Shown in pieces: positions 1 to 14,344 of a stretch of 64,000 nt of DNA. Under the pieces are notes generated by a model. That model searched no databases, was not told where the DNA came from, and saw nothing but the letters and a program-made list of their open reading frames with translations. Each line of letters begins with the position of its first letter. Position 1 is the stretch's first letter. Origin of the DNA: Octopus vulgaris (Eukaryota); assembly GCA_951406725.2 (NCBI GenBank), contig OX597830.1, positions 6,386,001-6,450,000 of the forward strand. Reading direction: 5' to 3'. A program made the position numbers and the translations under genes.

Positions 1-420
1 GAACAGAACTCAGCGAGTTTTAAAATCTACTCGACCACCATCACCTGACACTAAGCACACGGCTCTAATGACAGAATATATACACCGCTCAACGGGCATG
101 ACACAACGTGTGTTGTAGAAAGCCAACGGAACTTTTGAATCAATCGCAATAACACAGAAAACAACAGAAGACACCACACACACACACGCACACACACGCA
201 CACACACACGTACACAAACACATGCATTCATACGACAACGCAAAACTGACGTAAGCTTTGAAGAGAAATCGCTGTTCTGAAAAGACAAAGGCGTACTCAG
301 TTCGAGTACAGGGTTGACCTCAGTCGTAAACTATCATGGAAACATACAAAGTTAGACGGTACCAATAATGATAATAATAATAATAATAAAAATAATGATA
401 ACAATAATAATAATAATAAT

Positions 421-737
421 AAGCTAAACAGAAAAGAAATAGACAAAGCAAAATCCCAACAATGGCTGAGATGCTCAGTACTCAAAGCAAAGACTGAAAG
501 ATTTTTAATTGCGGCACAATATCAAAGCGTTCCCACCAGAAATCACCGAAAACACGTAATGAAAAGAAATACAAGTAACTGCATAATATGTGGTGATGGA
601 GAAGAAACAATAACTCATATTGTCTCTGGTTGCCTATTCCTGGCTAAGATGGAATATATTCACTGATACGATAGATATGGGACTTATGTATAATGGAAGC
701 TATGTCAACACTATGGAATAACAACATAAAAAGATGG
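421..737 (+). mobile_element. R4/Dong-like non-LTR retrotransposon fragment (CCHC zinc-knuckle region), decayed
   Basis: Translates as ...KSQQWLRCSVLKAKTERFLIAAQYQSVPTRNHRKHVMKRNTSNCIICGDGEETITHIVSGC...EYIH*YDR (C-x2-C-x8-H-x4-C). Homologous to 50690-51020. Begins directly after a (TAA)n tract. Confidence 0.85.
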
Positions 738-1014
738 CCCCCTCTTAGAGCAGAAAAGAATATAATTAGCTGTTGCTGCTGCTTTTGTTTCTGTTGTTGT
801 TATTGTTATTATCATTATCATTATTATTATTATGATTATTATATTTGCACCATTTGCGCTTATCATTATCATTGTTATAATTAGTAATCATCATGATATT
901 TTCATTAATGTTGTTATTGCTGTTGATACTGCCGAATTTCTTCTTCTTCATCTTCTCCTTTTCCTCATCCTCCTCCTATTCTACCTCTTCTTCTTCTTCT
1001 TGTTATTCTTGTTA

Positions 1015-1063
<49 letters not shown>

Positions 1064-1991
1064 TATTTATTATTATTATTATTATTATGAACATTTACAA
1101 ATATCATAAATATCATTATCATTGTCATGTTTCTTGGAATTCATAATGATGTTGCTGTTATAATGGTTGCTTTTTTTCTGTTGATGATGATGTCAATGTA
1201 GAGTTTAATGGCGTCTTTGATTTCTCTTAGATGTCGTTAAAGGAAATGCTAAAATAAAACGGTTTAATGTGCCAAAACCGAAAACACGATTTTCTTTGTT
1301 GTTTATAAATAATAACGGGTTGGCATAGACACACACACACACACACATATATACTGATATATATATATGTATATATATATATTTACACATACATAGGAGA
1401 GAGAGTCAGACACGAAAAACTGATGCACGCCTAGACACATGCGCACACATATACACAACAGCGTAATATATACAGTCTAAGAAATGCGTATCTGTGTATG
1501 TGTGTGAGTATGCGTCATATGTTTTAATTAGCAAATTTGCGTGTGTGTGTGTGTGTGTGTGTACCTGTGTGTGTCTGTATGTGTGCGTGATTGCGTGTGT
1601 ATGTCTGTGTGTATGCGTGCGTGCATGAGTGTGTTTGTACGTATACATTTAATTGGTTGTAGTGTATATTTTGCACGTACAAAAACGGACACGGAATCTG
1701 TATTTGAGCAGAGTATATATATATCGACATACGTATATATGTATATGCGTGTGCACCTATGTATATATCTACGTATATATGTATGCATACATATATATAT
1801 GTGTATACAAAATCAGAGCTATTAAATTAATTACAAGTATATATATATATATATACATATATATACATGTATATATATACAATATGTACGTATATACATA
1901 AACATATCTATAATTATGCATATAAATATATATACTTATGTATGCATATGTATATACATACACACACACACATACACACACACACACACAT

Positions 1992-2025
<34 letters not shown>

Positions 2026-2616
2026 GTGAGCGCAAATTGAGAAAAGGATTACATAGATGTGTGTGAAATGCGTGTTTGAAAAATCTGTAAACATAACATG
2101 TACCTCTCTCTCACTCTCAATCTGTATAAAAGTATATAAATACATGTACATATGAAAGAGACAGAGAGAGAGTGAGAGTATGTGTGTGTGTGTGTGTGTG
2201 TACGTAACCAAGAAACGAATTCTCAGCACCAATACAAAGATAAAACATATTCCAAAACATACAAGTGAACATAAACACACACATAAACACATACATTCTC
2301 ACACATACACACACTCGCATATCATCGCATACATCCAACCCATCCTAATCCAATCAATGTCATACACGCCGACTGACGTTTCTGCGCGGTTATGTTTGAT
2401 GCTTATATTTCTGTGAGTTGTTCGAATAAAAATGTCAAAATAGTTTCAGTCTTGGAAATTGAACAAAAAGCAAAGAGAGATGAAAAAGAAAGATAGCTTT
2501 GCTTATCATCAATATGTAAGTGTACGGCTGCAAGGCTTAAAGAGGGCAGATTTAATTTGGTGCACGTGTACGTAGCTGTAGGAGGAGACCATCCGACATT
2601 TTGCTGCATGCATATA

Positions 2617-3501
2617 TAGGGTGCGGTGAATAAATTGTCGTCTAAATTACACAAAAATGAAAATGACACTGACATCTCATTTTTACAGATATATTTCCCA
2701 AAATTACATAAAATTATCTTGAAATACTAAAGAGTAAATTTATGCAGTAAAATCGCCATTGCCTTCAACCACGGCCTCCAGACGACTTTGGAATCTCCTG
2801 CAACACTTGTGGACGGACTCTTTGTTTAATTTGGTGAATGCTGCCTTAATCCTTGCCTTCAGTTCATCTTCGGTGTTACAAGAAGTTTTGTTGGTCTCTC
2901 GTTCAAATGTGCCGCACACATAATAATCAAGGGTGTTGAATCTGGGAAGTTAGGTGCACAGATGTTAGTGGGTGAAGTGGTCGCAGAAATTCTCTGACAG
3001 CCGCGACTGGTTTCTTCTGCTTGTGTGGCATCGTGCAGAGTTCTGTAGCCAGACATAGGGTCTTCCAGCAGCCACACACTAGACCTAGAGCAGTACTACC
3101 TCATTTGATGTAGGTCTCCGTGTTGCGTCTGAGGCCGTGTGGGAAGATGAATGGAGGCATAACGTCGCCATCACTAGTGAAACCCTCCATGCACCATGAT
3201 GTTGACTGGATGTTTGAATTTTATCACTCGCGGTACATGTTTTGGAAGCACGGTAATCTAACAGTTGTTCTGTTTCTTCACCATCGGTTCGTATTGGACT
3301 TTCCGGTGCGAATGCCAAGCAGTACATGTCGTTTCCAAATTTGTGGCAGAGGGAATTGCGTCATCGAGCTTTTTCTTTTTCTCACAACGGTTCCCAACTG
3401 AACCTACTACAACTGTATAGTCGACAAAACCCAAAGCAAACAATGCGCATGCGTGAAATCAATAGTATAGAATGACAACAATTTACCCATTACTCCGTGT
3501 A
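2617..3501 (-). mobile_element. Tc1/mariner DD37D (maT-type) DNA transposon, internally deleted and decayed
   Basis: Minus strand encodes VSDGDVMPPFIFPHGLR and APNFPD (decayed WPPNSPD). Degenerate TIRs (gtgaataaattgtcgtc at 2626 vs gacaacaatttacccat at 3474) with TA flanks. Homologous to 32240-32983 and 38481-39112. Confidence 0.85.
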
Positions 3502-3582
3502 TATATTGTGTATATGTATATTGTATATAAATTTTTCAAACTAGCTACTTTGCTTGTGTGTGTGTGTATATATATATATATA

Positions 3583-3651
<69 letters not shown>

Positions 3652-3949
3652 ATGTATGTATGTATGTATGTATGTATGTATGTATGTATGTATCAGCAAA
3701 GTAGCTAGTTAGAAAAATGTCAATAAGAGATGACACTAAGAAGTAATATTTATCGCCATATCAATAAGGCTGTTCAATGTTACAACCGCTTTAGTCCCAA
3801 ACAGATCGTCCGCCAACTGGTTACCGGTCCAAACTGCACTCTGTACATATTATAAGCAGAGGAGTGAACCCGTACCATCCTCTAGTAGATCGAACGGTTT
3901 CGGGCTACTTGTATCCATCTTCAGTCGTGAACATCCGACCGCTAAATGA

Positions 3950-4420
3950 ACGCAGGGATTAGCTTCAGCTCGCAATATATGGGAAAATAAGCGACCATCG
4001 GAAGATCCTCCGTCAGTGTGATGCCTGGGTTTTGAGTTGTTCGTTTTGCGGTGGAACTGACCATGTAATTCTGTGGAGTAGAAGTTCTTCTCTTTCGTTG
4101 GCTATTTGCTAATTCATTAGCACTCTCAACTCCATTGTTAGTAAATTCTGCTGCGTACGTTCGCCTTAGGGTGGAGAGCGCCTTGCATCATCATTGACTT
4201 TCGAGTGGTTCGACCGAGTTGGTTAATCTCCGTTCATGTCCATTTCAGAAATGGGTACACCATAGCGAACTACAGCAACAGCTCATATCGTAACGGCAGT
4301 TACAAGGTTCCTTGCGTTGAATTTTGAATTCACGAGAAGTTTTAGACGCTTCGAATATGCAGTGGTGACTTTGTCTTTCAATTCTTTGTACAGGACATTA
4401 TCCAACTCCTGGATCCTAAA
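3950..4420 (-). mobile_element. R4/Dong-like RT thumb-region fragment (second subfamily)
   Basis: Minus translation LGIQELDNVLYKELKDKVTTAYSKRLKLLVNSKFNARNLVTAVTI*AVAVVRYG...TRKSMMMQGALHPKANV matches the YKYLG...LNxxNxxxAIN...HPKS block of RLE-clade RTs. Truncated by a SINE at 4421. Confidence 0.75.
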
Positions 4421-4504
4421 TTACGGGCACATAAACACACCAGCATTGGTTGTTAATCGATGGTAGGGGGGGGGAGCAAATACAGACACAAACACATAAA
4501 TCCA

Positions 4505-4545
<41 letters not shown>

Positions 4546-4706
4546 GACGGGATTCTTTCAGTTGCCGCCTACCAAATCCCTCACACGGATAAGCTGCGCC
4601 CGAGTCTCTAGTAGAAGGCACTAGCTCAAAGTGCCATGCAGTGGGAATGAATCCGGAACCACTTGGTTGGGAAGCAAGCTTCTTACCACACAGCCGCTCC
4701 TCCGCC
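4421..4706 (-). mobile_element. tRNA-derived SINE family A
   Basis: Reverse complement of ggctgtgtggtaagaagcttgcttcccaacc...ggattcattcc (A/B box head), core, internal (AT)n and the tail shared with other family A copies. Confidence 0.8.
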
Positions 4707-5074
4707 TATATATATATGTGTGTGATTGTGTGTGGGGGGGCTTTGTGTTTGTGCATGTGTGTGCGTGGTTGTGCGTGTGTGTTTGTGCATGTGTGTGTAG
4801 TTGTGTGTGTATGGGTGTGTATGAATACCGACTCAACAAACGCAACAATAGTATTTTTTTATATACTTATCTATCTATTAATTAATTTTTTATCATCAAT
4901 AACAATTTTTATCTGAATGTATGTGTGAATATGTGGGTATGTGCGTTTGTTGTGTATATACATTCGAAGAAAAGTTGTTTGCATTTTTTCCCCTATTTCT
5001 TCTATATATTTATGAATATTGAAAAAAAATTTCAATTTCCCGACAAAAAAATATTATTCAAAAAGATATTTCTA

Positions 5075-5141
<67 letters not shown>

Positions 5142-5180
5142 TAATAACAACAATAATAACAACAACAACAGCAACAACAA

Positions 5181-5211
<31 letters not shown>

Positions 5212-5735
5212 AATAATAATTAATAATCTGAAAAGAAAAAATATATAAAATGAATTTTGAAAACTTTTTACACAGAACTAAATATCAAAAATTTGAATCT
5301 TACATACATACACCCATACATCCCCACCACATGCGTACACACACATACATACATACGTACATACGTAAGTACATATGTACGTACGTACATACATATATAA
5401 TTACATATACACATTTATCTCTCTCTCTCTTTATATATATATATATATATATTATATATGTCTGTGTGTGTGTGTGTCTTTAATTATAATAATTATGTAT
5501 GTATATGTGTATGAATATACAAATATATCTGTAAATATATTATATGTGTATATACACACACATATATGCGCCACGCTTGTTACGCGCGCGCGTGTGTGTG
5601 TATTTGTGTGCATCAGTGACTCAATATTCTAAGCATTATATTTCCAAAAATTCTTTCCGTCGAGAAATGCGCCGTTTGTATGGAGAATCCATTAATCAGC
5701 ATTACATGTTTCTGAATATAATTTTCTAAACCAGT

Positions 5736-5788
<53 letters not shown>

Positions 5789-5982
5789 TGTTGTTGTTGT
5801 TGTTGTTGTTTTCCCATATTTTATTGTATTTTTCTTTATATATGTATGATTCGATTCACGTTGAGCCTTAATTGAATCTGAGCACTCCAGGACAGACTGT
5901 GTGAGCTACGGGCAGGATCATTTGACCAGGCCTGATAGGATCATTTGACCAGGCCTGACATGTTATGTGAGAATTTGTCTCA

Positions 5983-6110
5983 CCAGTTTTTGGTCAGCGT
6001 GAGACTATATTAGAAGAACACTTGTCCAAAGTGCCACGCAGTGAGTGACTAAACCTGGGAATATGTGGTCGGAAAGGAAGCCTCTTACCACGCAGCTATG
6101 CCTGCGCCCG
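5983..6110 (-). mobile_element. SINE family A, head fragment
   Basis: Similarity to the family A head and core. Confidence 0.65.
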
Positions 6111-7110
6111 ATTATTGCCGTTCATCATATAAATTCTGATAACAAGTGATCTCAGCAATATAATCAACTGTCGGGATTATGTCAATTGATTATAGTCCTT
6201 ATCATGTGCTATAACCGTCTTCTACATATACTTCTTTTATATCCTGCAGGACAGTCAAATACGAAAGTTGAATGAAAATTACACAAATCTATTTTTCGTA
6301 GAATTGACCTAAACAGGTTTCCTCTCCCAAAAACATCTCAAGAAATAAGAATGCTTACTAGAATCAACGGAAATTGACTGATGCGAAATTAAACGTAATT
6401 CAAATAAACGTTTTTGATTATATGTTTGCAGAATGTAGTGGTGCAAATATTGAGGTAACAGCTATGTTCCTTGAAGTATGGGGTGATTAAAATGCTATTT
6501 TTCAGTCTTAAATGACTACGTTACAATGAATTAAATTTAGTTTTTGTATTTCAAATCTTCAATAATAAAGAAATTATGAAAATTACATTTTGGTTTTACA
6601 AAATACATTAAAATTGTAATTTATATGAATTTTCTTGGCAGTGTAGACTTTAATAATTGCTTTCTTTAGGTAAAAGTTACATACTCATAACTAATAATAA
6701 ACAGCTTTTTTCATCATAGTACAGATAATAAGATGTTTTAAATATCGTCTTCTGCAATAAGGTTTGTTTGCAAAGATAGAACGGCCATGGCTGAAGAGTG
6801 TCTCATCAACAGATTGGAGAATAATATAAATAATTGCAACTTAAAATGAGACAGAAGCAGGTGTGTAAGGAAATGAATATGAAAAGCAATGCATTTATAG
6901 AGACAAACAAATTTACGTTTTCAGTTACACACATACACACAAAAATATACTCACATACACACAGAAATGAACATATTTACTCAAACTCACATACACATAT
7001 ACACCAAATTACACAGACAGACACACATGCACAAACACATATGCATACACAAGTACACAAATATATATATACTCACATTAAGACATATACATATATATAC
7101 ATATGCATTT

Positions 7111-7152
<42 letters not shown>

Positions 7153-7194
7153 CATATGTGTGTACGTGTGTGTTTGTGTGTGTTTGTGTGTGTA

Positions 7195-7342
7195 CAGGCG
7201 CAAGCGTGGCTGTGTGGTAAAAAGCTTGCTTACCAGCCGCACGGTTCCGGGTTCAGTACACTGTGTGTAACCTTGTGCAAGTGTCTTATATTATAGGATC
7301 GGGCCGACCAGAGCCTTGTGAGTGGATTTGAAAGAAGCCCGT

Positions 7343-7388
<46 letters not shown>

Positions 7389-7389
7389 T

Positions 7390-7433
<44 letters not shown>

Positions 7434-7610
7434 TTATATCTGTGTTTGTTCCCCAGTACCGCTTGACAACCGATATTAATAAGAAAAACTTATTAATATA
7501 AGTACTAGGCTCCAAAAGAATAGGTCCTGGGGGTCAATTTGTTGCATTAAAAAACCTCCAAGACGCTGCCTCAGCATCGCCGAAGCCAAATAACAGAAAA
7601 AAATTAAACG
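7195..7610 (+). mobile_element. SINE family A, near full length, with internal (GT)n
   Basis: ggcgcaagcgtggctgtgtggtaa (A box), gggttcagtac (B-box-like), ccttgtgcaagtgtctt core, (GT)n, tail accgcttgacaaccg...gtcctgggggtc. Confidence 0.85.
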
Positions 7611-8227
7611 ATAAAACATACAAGATATAGACAAGTACAAATATACACAATTATAAAACCACAAACAGACATACAGGCAACTCTAGAAGCACACAAGTAC
7701 AGATATAGATAGGCATATACACACACTCACACATACATACACGCACACACATATACACACAAACTTGGAAAAAATAAAGGCACACAGTCATACAAGCATG
7801 CAAACACACGTTAGCCATTAGGCAAGCGTCTACAGACAGAGACATACATATCCAAGCACACAAACATACACACACATGTGACTATAGAAATCCACAGACA
7901 CGCAAATATTCGGACGCAATTATAAAAGTGCACAAGCGAATACATACACAATTAAATATAGACACACGCATATACAGGCAAACAAACAGACATCCAACCC
8001 ATTATACTTATGTTAATGACAGTTTTAGTGAGGCGAGATGTTTTCGTTAGGATATATGTAATTAAAGTAATCTTTTCATCAAATCTAATCTAAAATAAGA
8101 CCCCCACTTAATGTTCGCATGATCTTCACAACGATATCAATATATTTGATCTGACCGAAACTGAATTAAGTCTAACTATAATGATTTCGACGTCAGATGC
8201 ACTTTTACAACTATAAGTCATAGTATG

Positions 8228-8304
<77 letters not shown>

Positions 8305-8367
8305 ATGTATGTATGTATGTATGTATGTATGTATCTATGTATGTATGTATGAATATATACGTGTGTA

Positions 8368-8398
<31 letters not shown>

Positions 8399-8499
8399 CC
8401 ATGCATAAATGTGTGTGTGCATGAATCAATATATATATATATATATATATATGAATATATATGTGTGTATATGTATATGTATGTATGTATGTATGTATG

Positions 8500-8570
<71 letters not shown>

Positions 8571-8963
8571 GAGCGTATTTTTTCTGGTTATATTTTTAAA
8601 ATTTACCACCGATAAAGATAAAGAAAAAATTGCTTTTGAACCCAGAAACAAATCGCTTTTTATTGGAATTTAGACAACCTAAAATAAACAGCCATGGATG
8701 TGTGTATGTGTGTGTGTATGTTTGTGTATGAGTGTGTGTGTGTACGTCTGTTTGTATGTGTAAGCATAAATGTGTATATGTATTAATGAATATATGCATG
8801 CACGGGTGTGTGTATGTATATATCTGTATGTGTGTGTATGTATATATATATATATATATGTATTATATATATATATATGTGTGTGTGGGTGTATATATGT
8901 ACATATATATATATATGTGTGTGGATATATATATGTACACATATATATATACATATATATAAC

Positions 8964-9008
<45 letters not shown>

Positions 9009-9009
9009 C

Positions 9010-9058
<49 letters not shown>

Positions 9059-9068
9059 GAGAGAAAGA

Positions 9069-10080
9069 TTACTCCGATGTAGCAATGGCATTACCTTTAA
9101 TTCTATAATTCTACACCACCTTTGACAGTCCAACACGTGTTTCAGTTACACTGATTACTAATCGCTGCAATTGCAACCCTTCTATGAAATGGAAAAGAAG
9201 CGCAAGACTAAAAATGTAGTATATAGTTGTATAGTTACATCTGAAAGTAAGCAATTCTATTATATGGTGGGGCATCATTAATTTTCAAGAAGGGACTGGC
9301 ATATCATATCAATTCATTTAAAGACAAAGATAAAAGGTCTCAAACGACTCTTAGCAAATTATTTTGGTCTTTTAGGGACACAAACAAGAACTATACGATT
9401 AAATGGGATTTAATTTGTACTGCAAAACCATATAGACAGGAATGATGTGACCTATGCTTAGAGGAGTGTCACAGGATTTTCACATCCAGAGGTAATATAA
9501 TGAATTCTAGACAGGAGCCAGCATTGAGATGCTTGCACATGAAGAAATTCAAATTTGCCAAGTATAAATGAATAATTATCATTTAAACTATTGAAGATGT
9601 TGTAATGATGGATTAAAATTTATTATCCAATAAGACCTTGAAATAGAGATTGTTCGCATCTGACTTAACAAGACAGTTCTACATTATACAACGCAGTGTT
9701 TATAAAAGAAAACCATTAAACGGCCACACCGAGGAATATCATGTTAAGACCCTGAAGAGACTTAACCATTTTATAGAAGAGCTGCAATTGCATCGATTAG
9801 TAATCGGTGCAACTGAAACACGTGTTGGTCTTTCAAAGGTGGTGTATAATTATAGAAATAAAAGTAATGTTATTGCTATTTCGGAGGAATCGTTATTTTT
9901 GATAGTCTTTATATTCATAGACCAGGAAACCTATTTGGTTAAGAAAATATATTCAGAATTATACAACGGAATATTCCTCTAATTTCTTATCTTTACTGGA
10001 TTTATATGTTAATTGTCAAATAACATATTATGAATACCTGAGAGCAAACTGATAATCGTTTTGGAGTAGTCCCTTACTTT
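9069..10080 (+). mobile_element. Penelope-like element: GIY-YIG endonuclease remnant, 3' pLTR and inverted pLTR piece at the 5' end
   Basis: 9200-9570 translates (with a frameshift and a stop) as KNVVYSCIVTSESKQFYY.VG...HINSFKDKDKRSQTTLSKLFW...IKWDLICTAKPY..CDLCLEE...MNSRQEPALRCLHMKKF. 9069-9192 is the reverse complement of ~9766-9890. Confidence 0.85.
9746..9832 (+). ncRNA. Type I hammerhead ribozyme motif in the Penelope pLTR
   Basis: Stem I aagacc/ggtctt, CTGAAGA, long stem II region (hairpin ttgcatcgatta-g-taatcggtgcaa), GAAA, palindromic cacgtg stem III, GUU triplet. Confidence 0.7.
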
Positions 10081-10101
10081 GTATGTACGTATGTGTATGC
10101 G

Positions 10102-10153
<52 letters not shown>

Positions 10154-10237
10154 GTATTCACATATGCATATATATGCTTTCGATGCGAATGTTTTTATAT
10201 ACGGTACTGTGTTTTACAATCTTGTAAATAGTAATAA

Positions 10238-10461
10238 TAATAGTATTTTTATATAAGCTTAAAGCTTATGGTGATCACCTAGCAATGACTAAGGAAAATA
10301 GTCTAATAAAAGGGCATATAAGCCCTCGACAGAAAGGGGAAGGCGAATAGGAGAGCCTTCTTTTTTCTGTCGTGGGTTTATATGCCCTTTTATTAGACCA
10401 TTTTCTTTAGTCATTGCACAGTGATCGCCATAAGCTTTAAGCTTGTATAAAAATACCATTA
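10238..10461. mobile_element. Foldback / MITE-like inverted repeat
   Basis: Arms of about 110 bp (taatagtatttttatataagcttaaagcttatggtgatcac... / ...gtgatcgccataagctttaagcttgtataaaaataccatta) around a ~10-nt loop. Partial arm copy at 19620-19700. Confidence 0.8.
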
Positions 10462-10504
<43 letters not shown>

Positions 10505-10811
10505 ATAGATAGATAGATAGATAGATAGATACACAAGCACATACACATATGCACATGCATTTATGCGTATCTTACTATGTATATATGTAAGTATACACGT
10601 AGAGAAGTGATTGTGTGTGTGTGCGTGTGTGTGTCTACGTGTGCATTTATGCAGACATGCATGACTACACGAGTGTCTGATGCCTGTGAATGAATATGAG
10701 TAGGTCTGTGGATTTAAGTACATGTGTATATATATGTACATATATCTGTGTTTGTGTGAGTGTTGCTCCGAATGTACGTAGCTATGTACGTACATACAAG
10801 TGTATATAGGC

Positions 10812-10852
<41 letters not shown>

Positions 10853-11214
10853 TATATAGGCATTCGATGTAAACAAAGTCATGCTTAAAGTGAAGACATT
10901 TCTTTGAATCTGCTCTGAATCCTCTTTGAAACATTAATGCCACAAATAATAATCCTTATTAATTAAATGGCCATACTTTAAGTCACATTCATTAGAAGAA
11001 ACCTTTTTATTTGTCTCACATGCAAAGCTTTGCTTTCACCAACAATGGCGGCACACGACTACATGGAGGACATCGCAAGAGAAAACGATATCAAGCAAAA
11101 GAAAACAGAATCTTATTTGTTGTAAAAAGAAAGTGGTTCTTCGTCAGTTTCGGCGATGAATATTCAGTCAATCGATCAACTGAACTGATTTTTTCAGTGA
11201 ATTAGGATGTATTT

Positions 11215-11404
11215 TTAGCTTTTATCTTTCACTCGTTTCCTTCATTATATTGCTGCCACGCTGGAGCATCATCTTGAAGACTCCGATACTCCTTTTTTTA
11301 AAGCTTAATAATTATTTTATCGGTCTGTTTCGACGAAGCGCTAAGTTACGAATTTGTAAATAAACGAACATTGGGTTTCAAGCTGTGGTGAGGAAAAACA
11401 GAAG

Positions 11405-11460
<56 letters not shown>

Positions 11461-11625
11461 GACTGCAGTCATGCTGGAGCATCGCTTCCTAGGATGAGTG
11501 GAACGAATCGATCCCAGTACATATTTCTGAGTCTGATACTTATTTTATCAGTATTTCCTGTCGAACCACTAAGTAGCAGAGATATAACCAATCTAACATT
11601 GGTTCTACTGTGGCGGACATGTCAA
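11215..11625 (-). mobile_element. Two SINE family A tail fragments
   Basis: Reverse complement of the family A tail (gccatgctggagca..., ctaagttacg...aaac) found twice, separated by (CA)n. Confidence 0.6.
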
Positions 11626-11830
11626 ATACAAACACGCACATATACATACATACCTGCTTGCATGCATACATACATAAATACATACATACATTACATACAT
11701 ACATACATGCATACATACATACATACATACATTCATTCATAGATATATACATGCATACATACATACATACATTCATACATACGTACGTACATACATACAT
11801 ACATTACATACATTACATACATTACATACA

Positions 11831-11861
<31 letters not shown>

Positions 11862-11925
11862 CATACATGCATACATGCATACATACATACATACATACAT
11901 GCAAAACTACCCTATCGTTGATGTT

Positions 11926-11974
11926 GAAATGCTAATGAAGGAAACTTTGATCTAGGTTAGAAACCGGTTCTTTC
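11926..11974 (+). ncRNA. Degenerate hammerhead motif
   Basis: gaaatg CTAATGA agga aactt-tgatct-aggtt a GAAA ccgg TT ctttc. Core G5 is changed to A, so probably inactive. Confidence 0.4.
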
Positions 11975-12162
11975 TCTATTGGCAAGAAATCTTGAAATAA
12001 ACAGAATAAGGACATACATACATAGATACAGGTGTTCAACCCAATTCCGGCTTACCAAATTCATTCAAAAGGCATTAGTCGCCTCGTGGTGCCTCCTTGC
12101 AGAAATAAACTAGAAATGACGTGGTTAACAATCAAGCCTCTTTCTATACACCCATTCATGCA

Positions 12163-12246
<84 letters not shown>

Positions 12247-12249
<3 letters not shown>

Positions 12250-12552
12250 TTATATATAAAACTGTAGTTGTGTGTGTGTCTGTCCACTTCGATTTAGATT
12301 ACTAACTACTCTCACATTTTGCGGTGCAGTTCAACCAAAAGCGGGTATCTTATAGTCGTGATTCATATCGAGCTCTTCTGGGTATTAGCGCGCGTCTACG
12401 ATGAGTCTACGATTAAAAAAAAAATTTACCATCATTTTTCCGCATTTTTAATCCATTTTTCGCTCGGTTTTATATAAGGGAAGTAACACTCTAAAAATGC
12501 TTATTTAGTTATTTCCCTTACAAATCCGAGCAACGCCGGGCGATACTGCTAG
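12247..12552 (+). mobile_element. Non-autonomous Helitron
   Basis: 5' TC (a|tctttatatataaaactg), 3' hairpin ccgagcaacgccggg followed by CTAG|t, inserted at A|T within (AT)n, no TSD. Confidence 0.85.
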
Positions 12553-12635
<83 letters not shown>

Positions 12636-13180
12636 GATTAATAGCAAATGAATGTGTATAATTACCCCTGTTCAATTTATATTTACCGCTATGTTACTTT
12701 GATCGCAAAAGCAAGTGTTTTGTGGTGTAGGAATTAGATCTTAATAGTATGTACATGTGGACAGATATATAAATGTTCGTGTAGATTTAACTTATTCATA
12801 TGGTGTGTTTATATATCTACATATGTACTCTTTCGGCATCCTACATTGAAAACAGCAGGAGGAAATTGCTTCCCTGTGCCAGAAATCGATGTATAGGCAA
12901 TTCTTCTATTAAAAATCTGATTGATTCACTACCTCACTTTCAACCTGTGCTAATGGAGAAAGATAATATATGGCTTATAGAGCTATTAGCATCTATTTTC
13001 AGCATGGTGGTTTGCCTATCCACACACATTTTCTATAACTATATCTATATAATTATATATCAGCATAAATATTTTCCTAAATGGGGTTAACATGCTGACC
13101 ATTTGACAGAATCATTAAATGGTGTTATCCTTTATCAATTACATATACATACATACACACAAACACACACATATGTGTGC

Positions 13181-13230
<50 letters not shown>

Positions 13231-13662
13231 GACAATATATATATACATGAATATATAAGCACACACATATATGTATCTATATGTATAGATATGCATATAG
13301 ATATATGTAAATGCATACATGTATGTTCATGTGGAAGTACGTGTTTGCGTGTATGTATGTGTGGGCATCCATATACATGTGTATGTGCATGGATGCGCGC
13401 GCATATACACATGCATTCAGATATAGGTCACAGCAACGAAGCATTAAAACCTATATTTATGGAAACCGTATATAGTTCTAAAGTATATAGGTTATCTGTC
13501 ACGATATATTGACGTAAATGAGCGGGGAGTTAGCAGAAATGGTGCCTCGACAGGATAAATACCTTAGAGATTTTAGCTCCCTCCATTTACTGTATCAGTT
13601 TCAGTCCCACTGCAATCGATTTCGTTTTACTTCCCATTGATTTTGATCTCTTGGTCAATATA

Positions 13663-13701
<39 letters not shown>

Positions 13702-14018
13702 TATATATATGATGGATCAATCAAATATAACCTCGTTCTTTCATGCCTTAATTATAATTGGTCACGTGCCTATGTATCTAGTATACAGCATCAATGGAAT
13801 TATACACACATAGATACAAACACACATACGTGCACATATATATATGTATGTATCTATCTATGTATCTATGTATGTATGTATGTATGTATGTATGTATGTA
13901 TGTGTGTGTGAAAACGAAAGAGGGAGAGAGAGAGAGATACTTAGATACATAGATAGAAAGAGAGAGATGCATATCTATACACATGAATGCATGAATGTAT
14001 ACATATATGCGTGTGTTA

Positions 14019-14074
<56 letters not shown>

Positions 14075-14090
14075 ATAAGGATGTGTGTGA

Positions 14091-14129
<39 letters not shown>

Positions 14130-14313
14130 TGTATATATATATATATGTATATATAGATATATATAAGTGTGTGTGTGTATATATATACACTTATACATGC
14201 ATGCATACAAGCATGCATACATACATACATAAATACATACATACATACATACATAAATACATACATACATACATACATACATACATACATACATACATAC
14301 ATACATACATACA

Positions 14314-14344
<31 letters not shown>

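Noticed and set aside
5914-5958. 22-bp direct tandem duplication aggatcatttgaccaggcctga
   Set aside because: A simple local slippage duplication with two units only.
11045-11125. Small ORF MAAHDYMEDIARENDIKQKKTESYLL with a Kozak-like / YY1-like start
   Set aside because: Only 26 codons, with no splice donor and no recognised homology.
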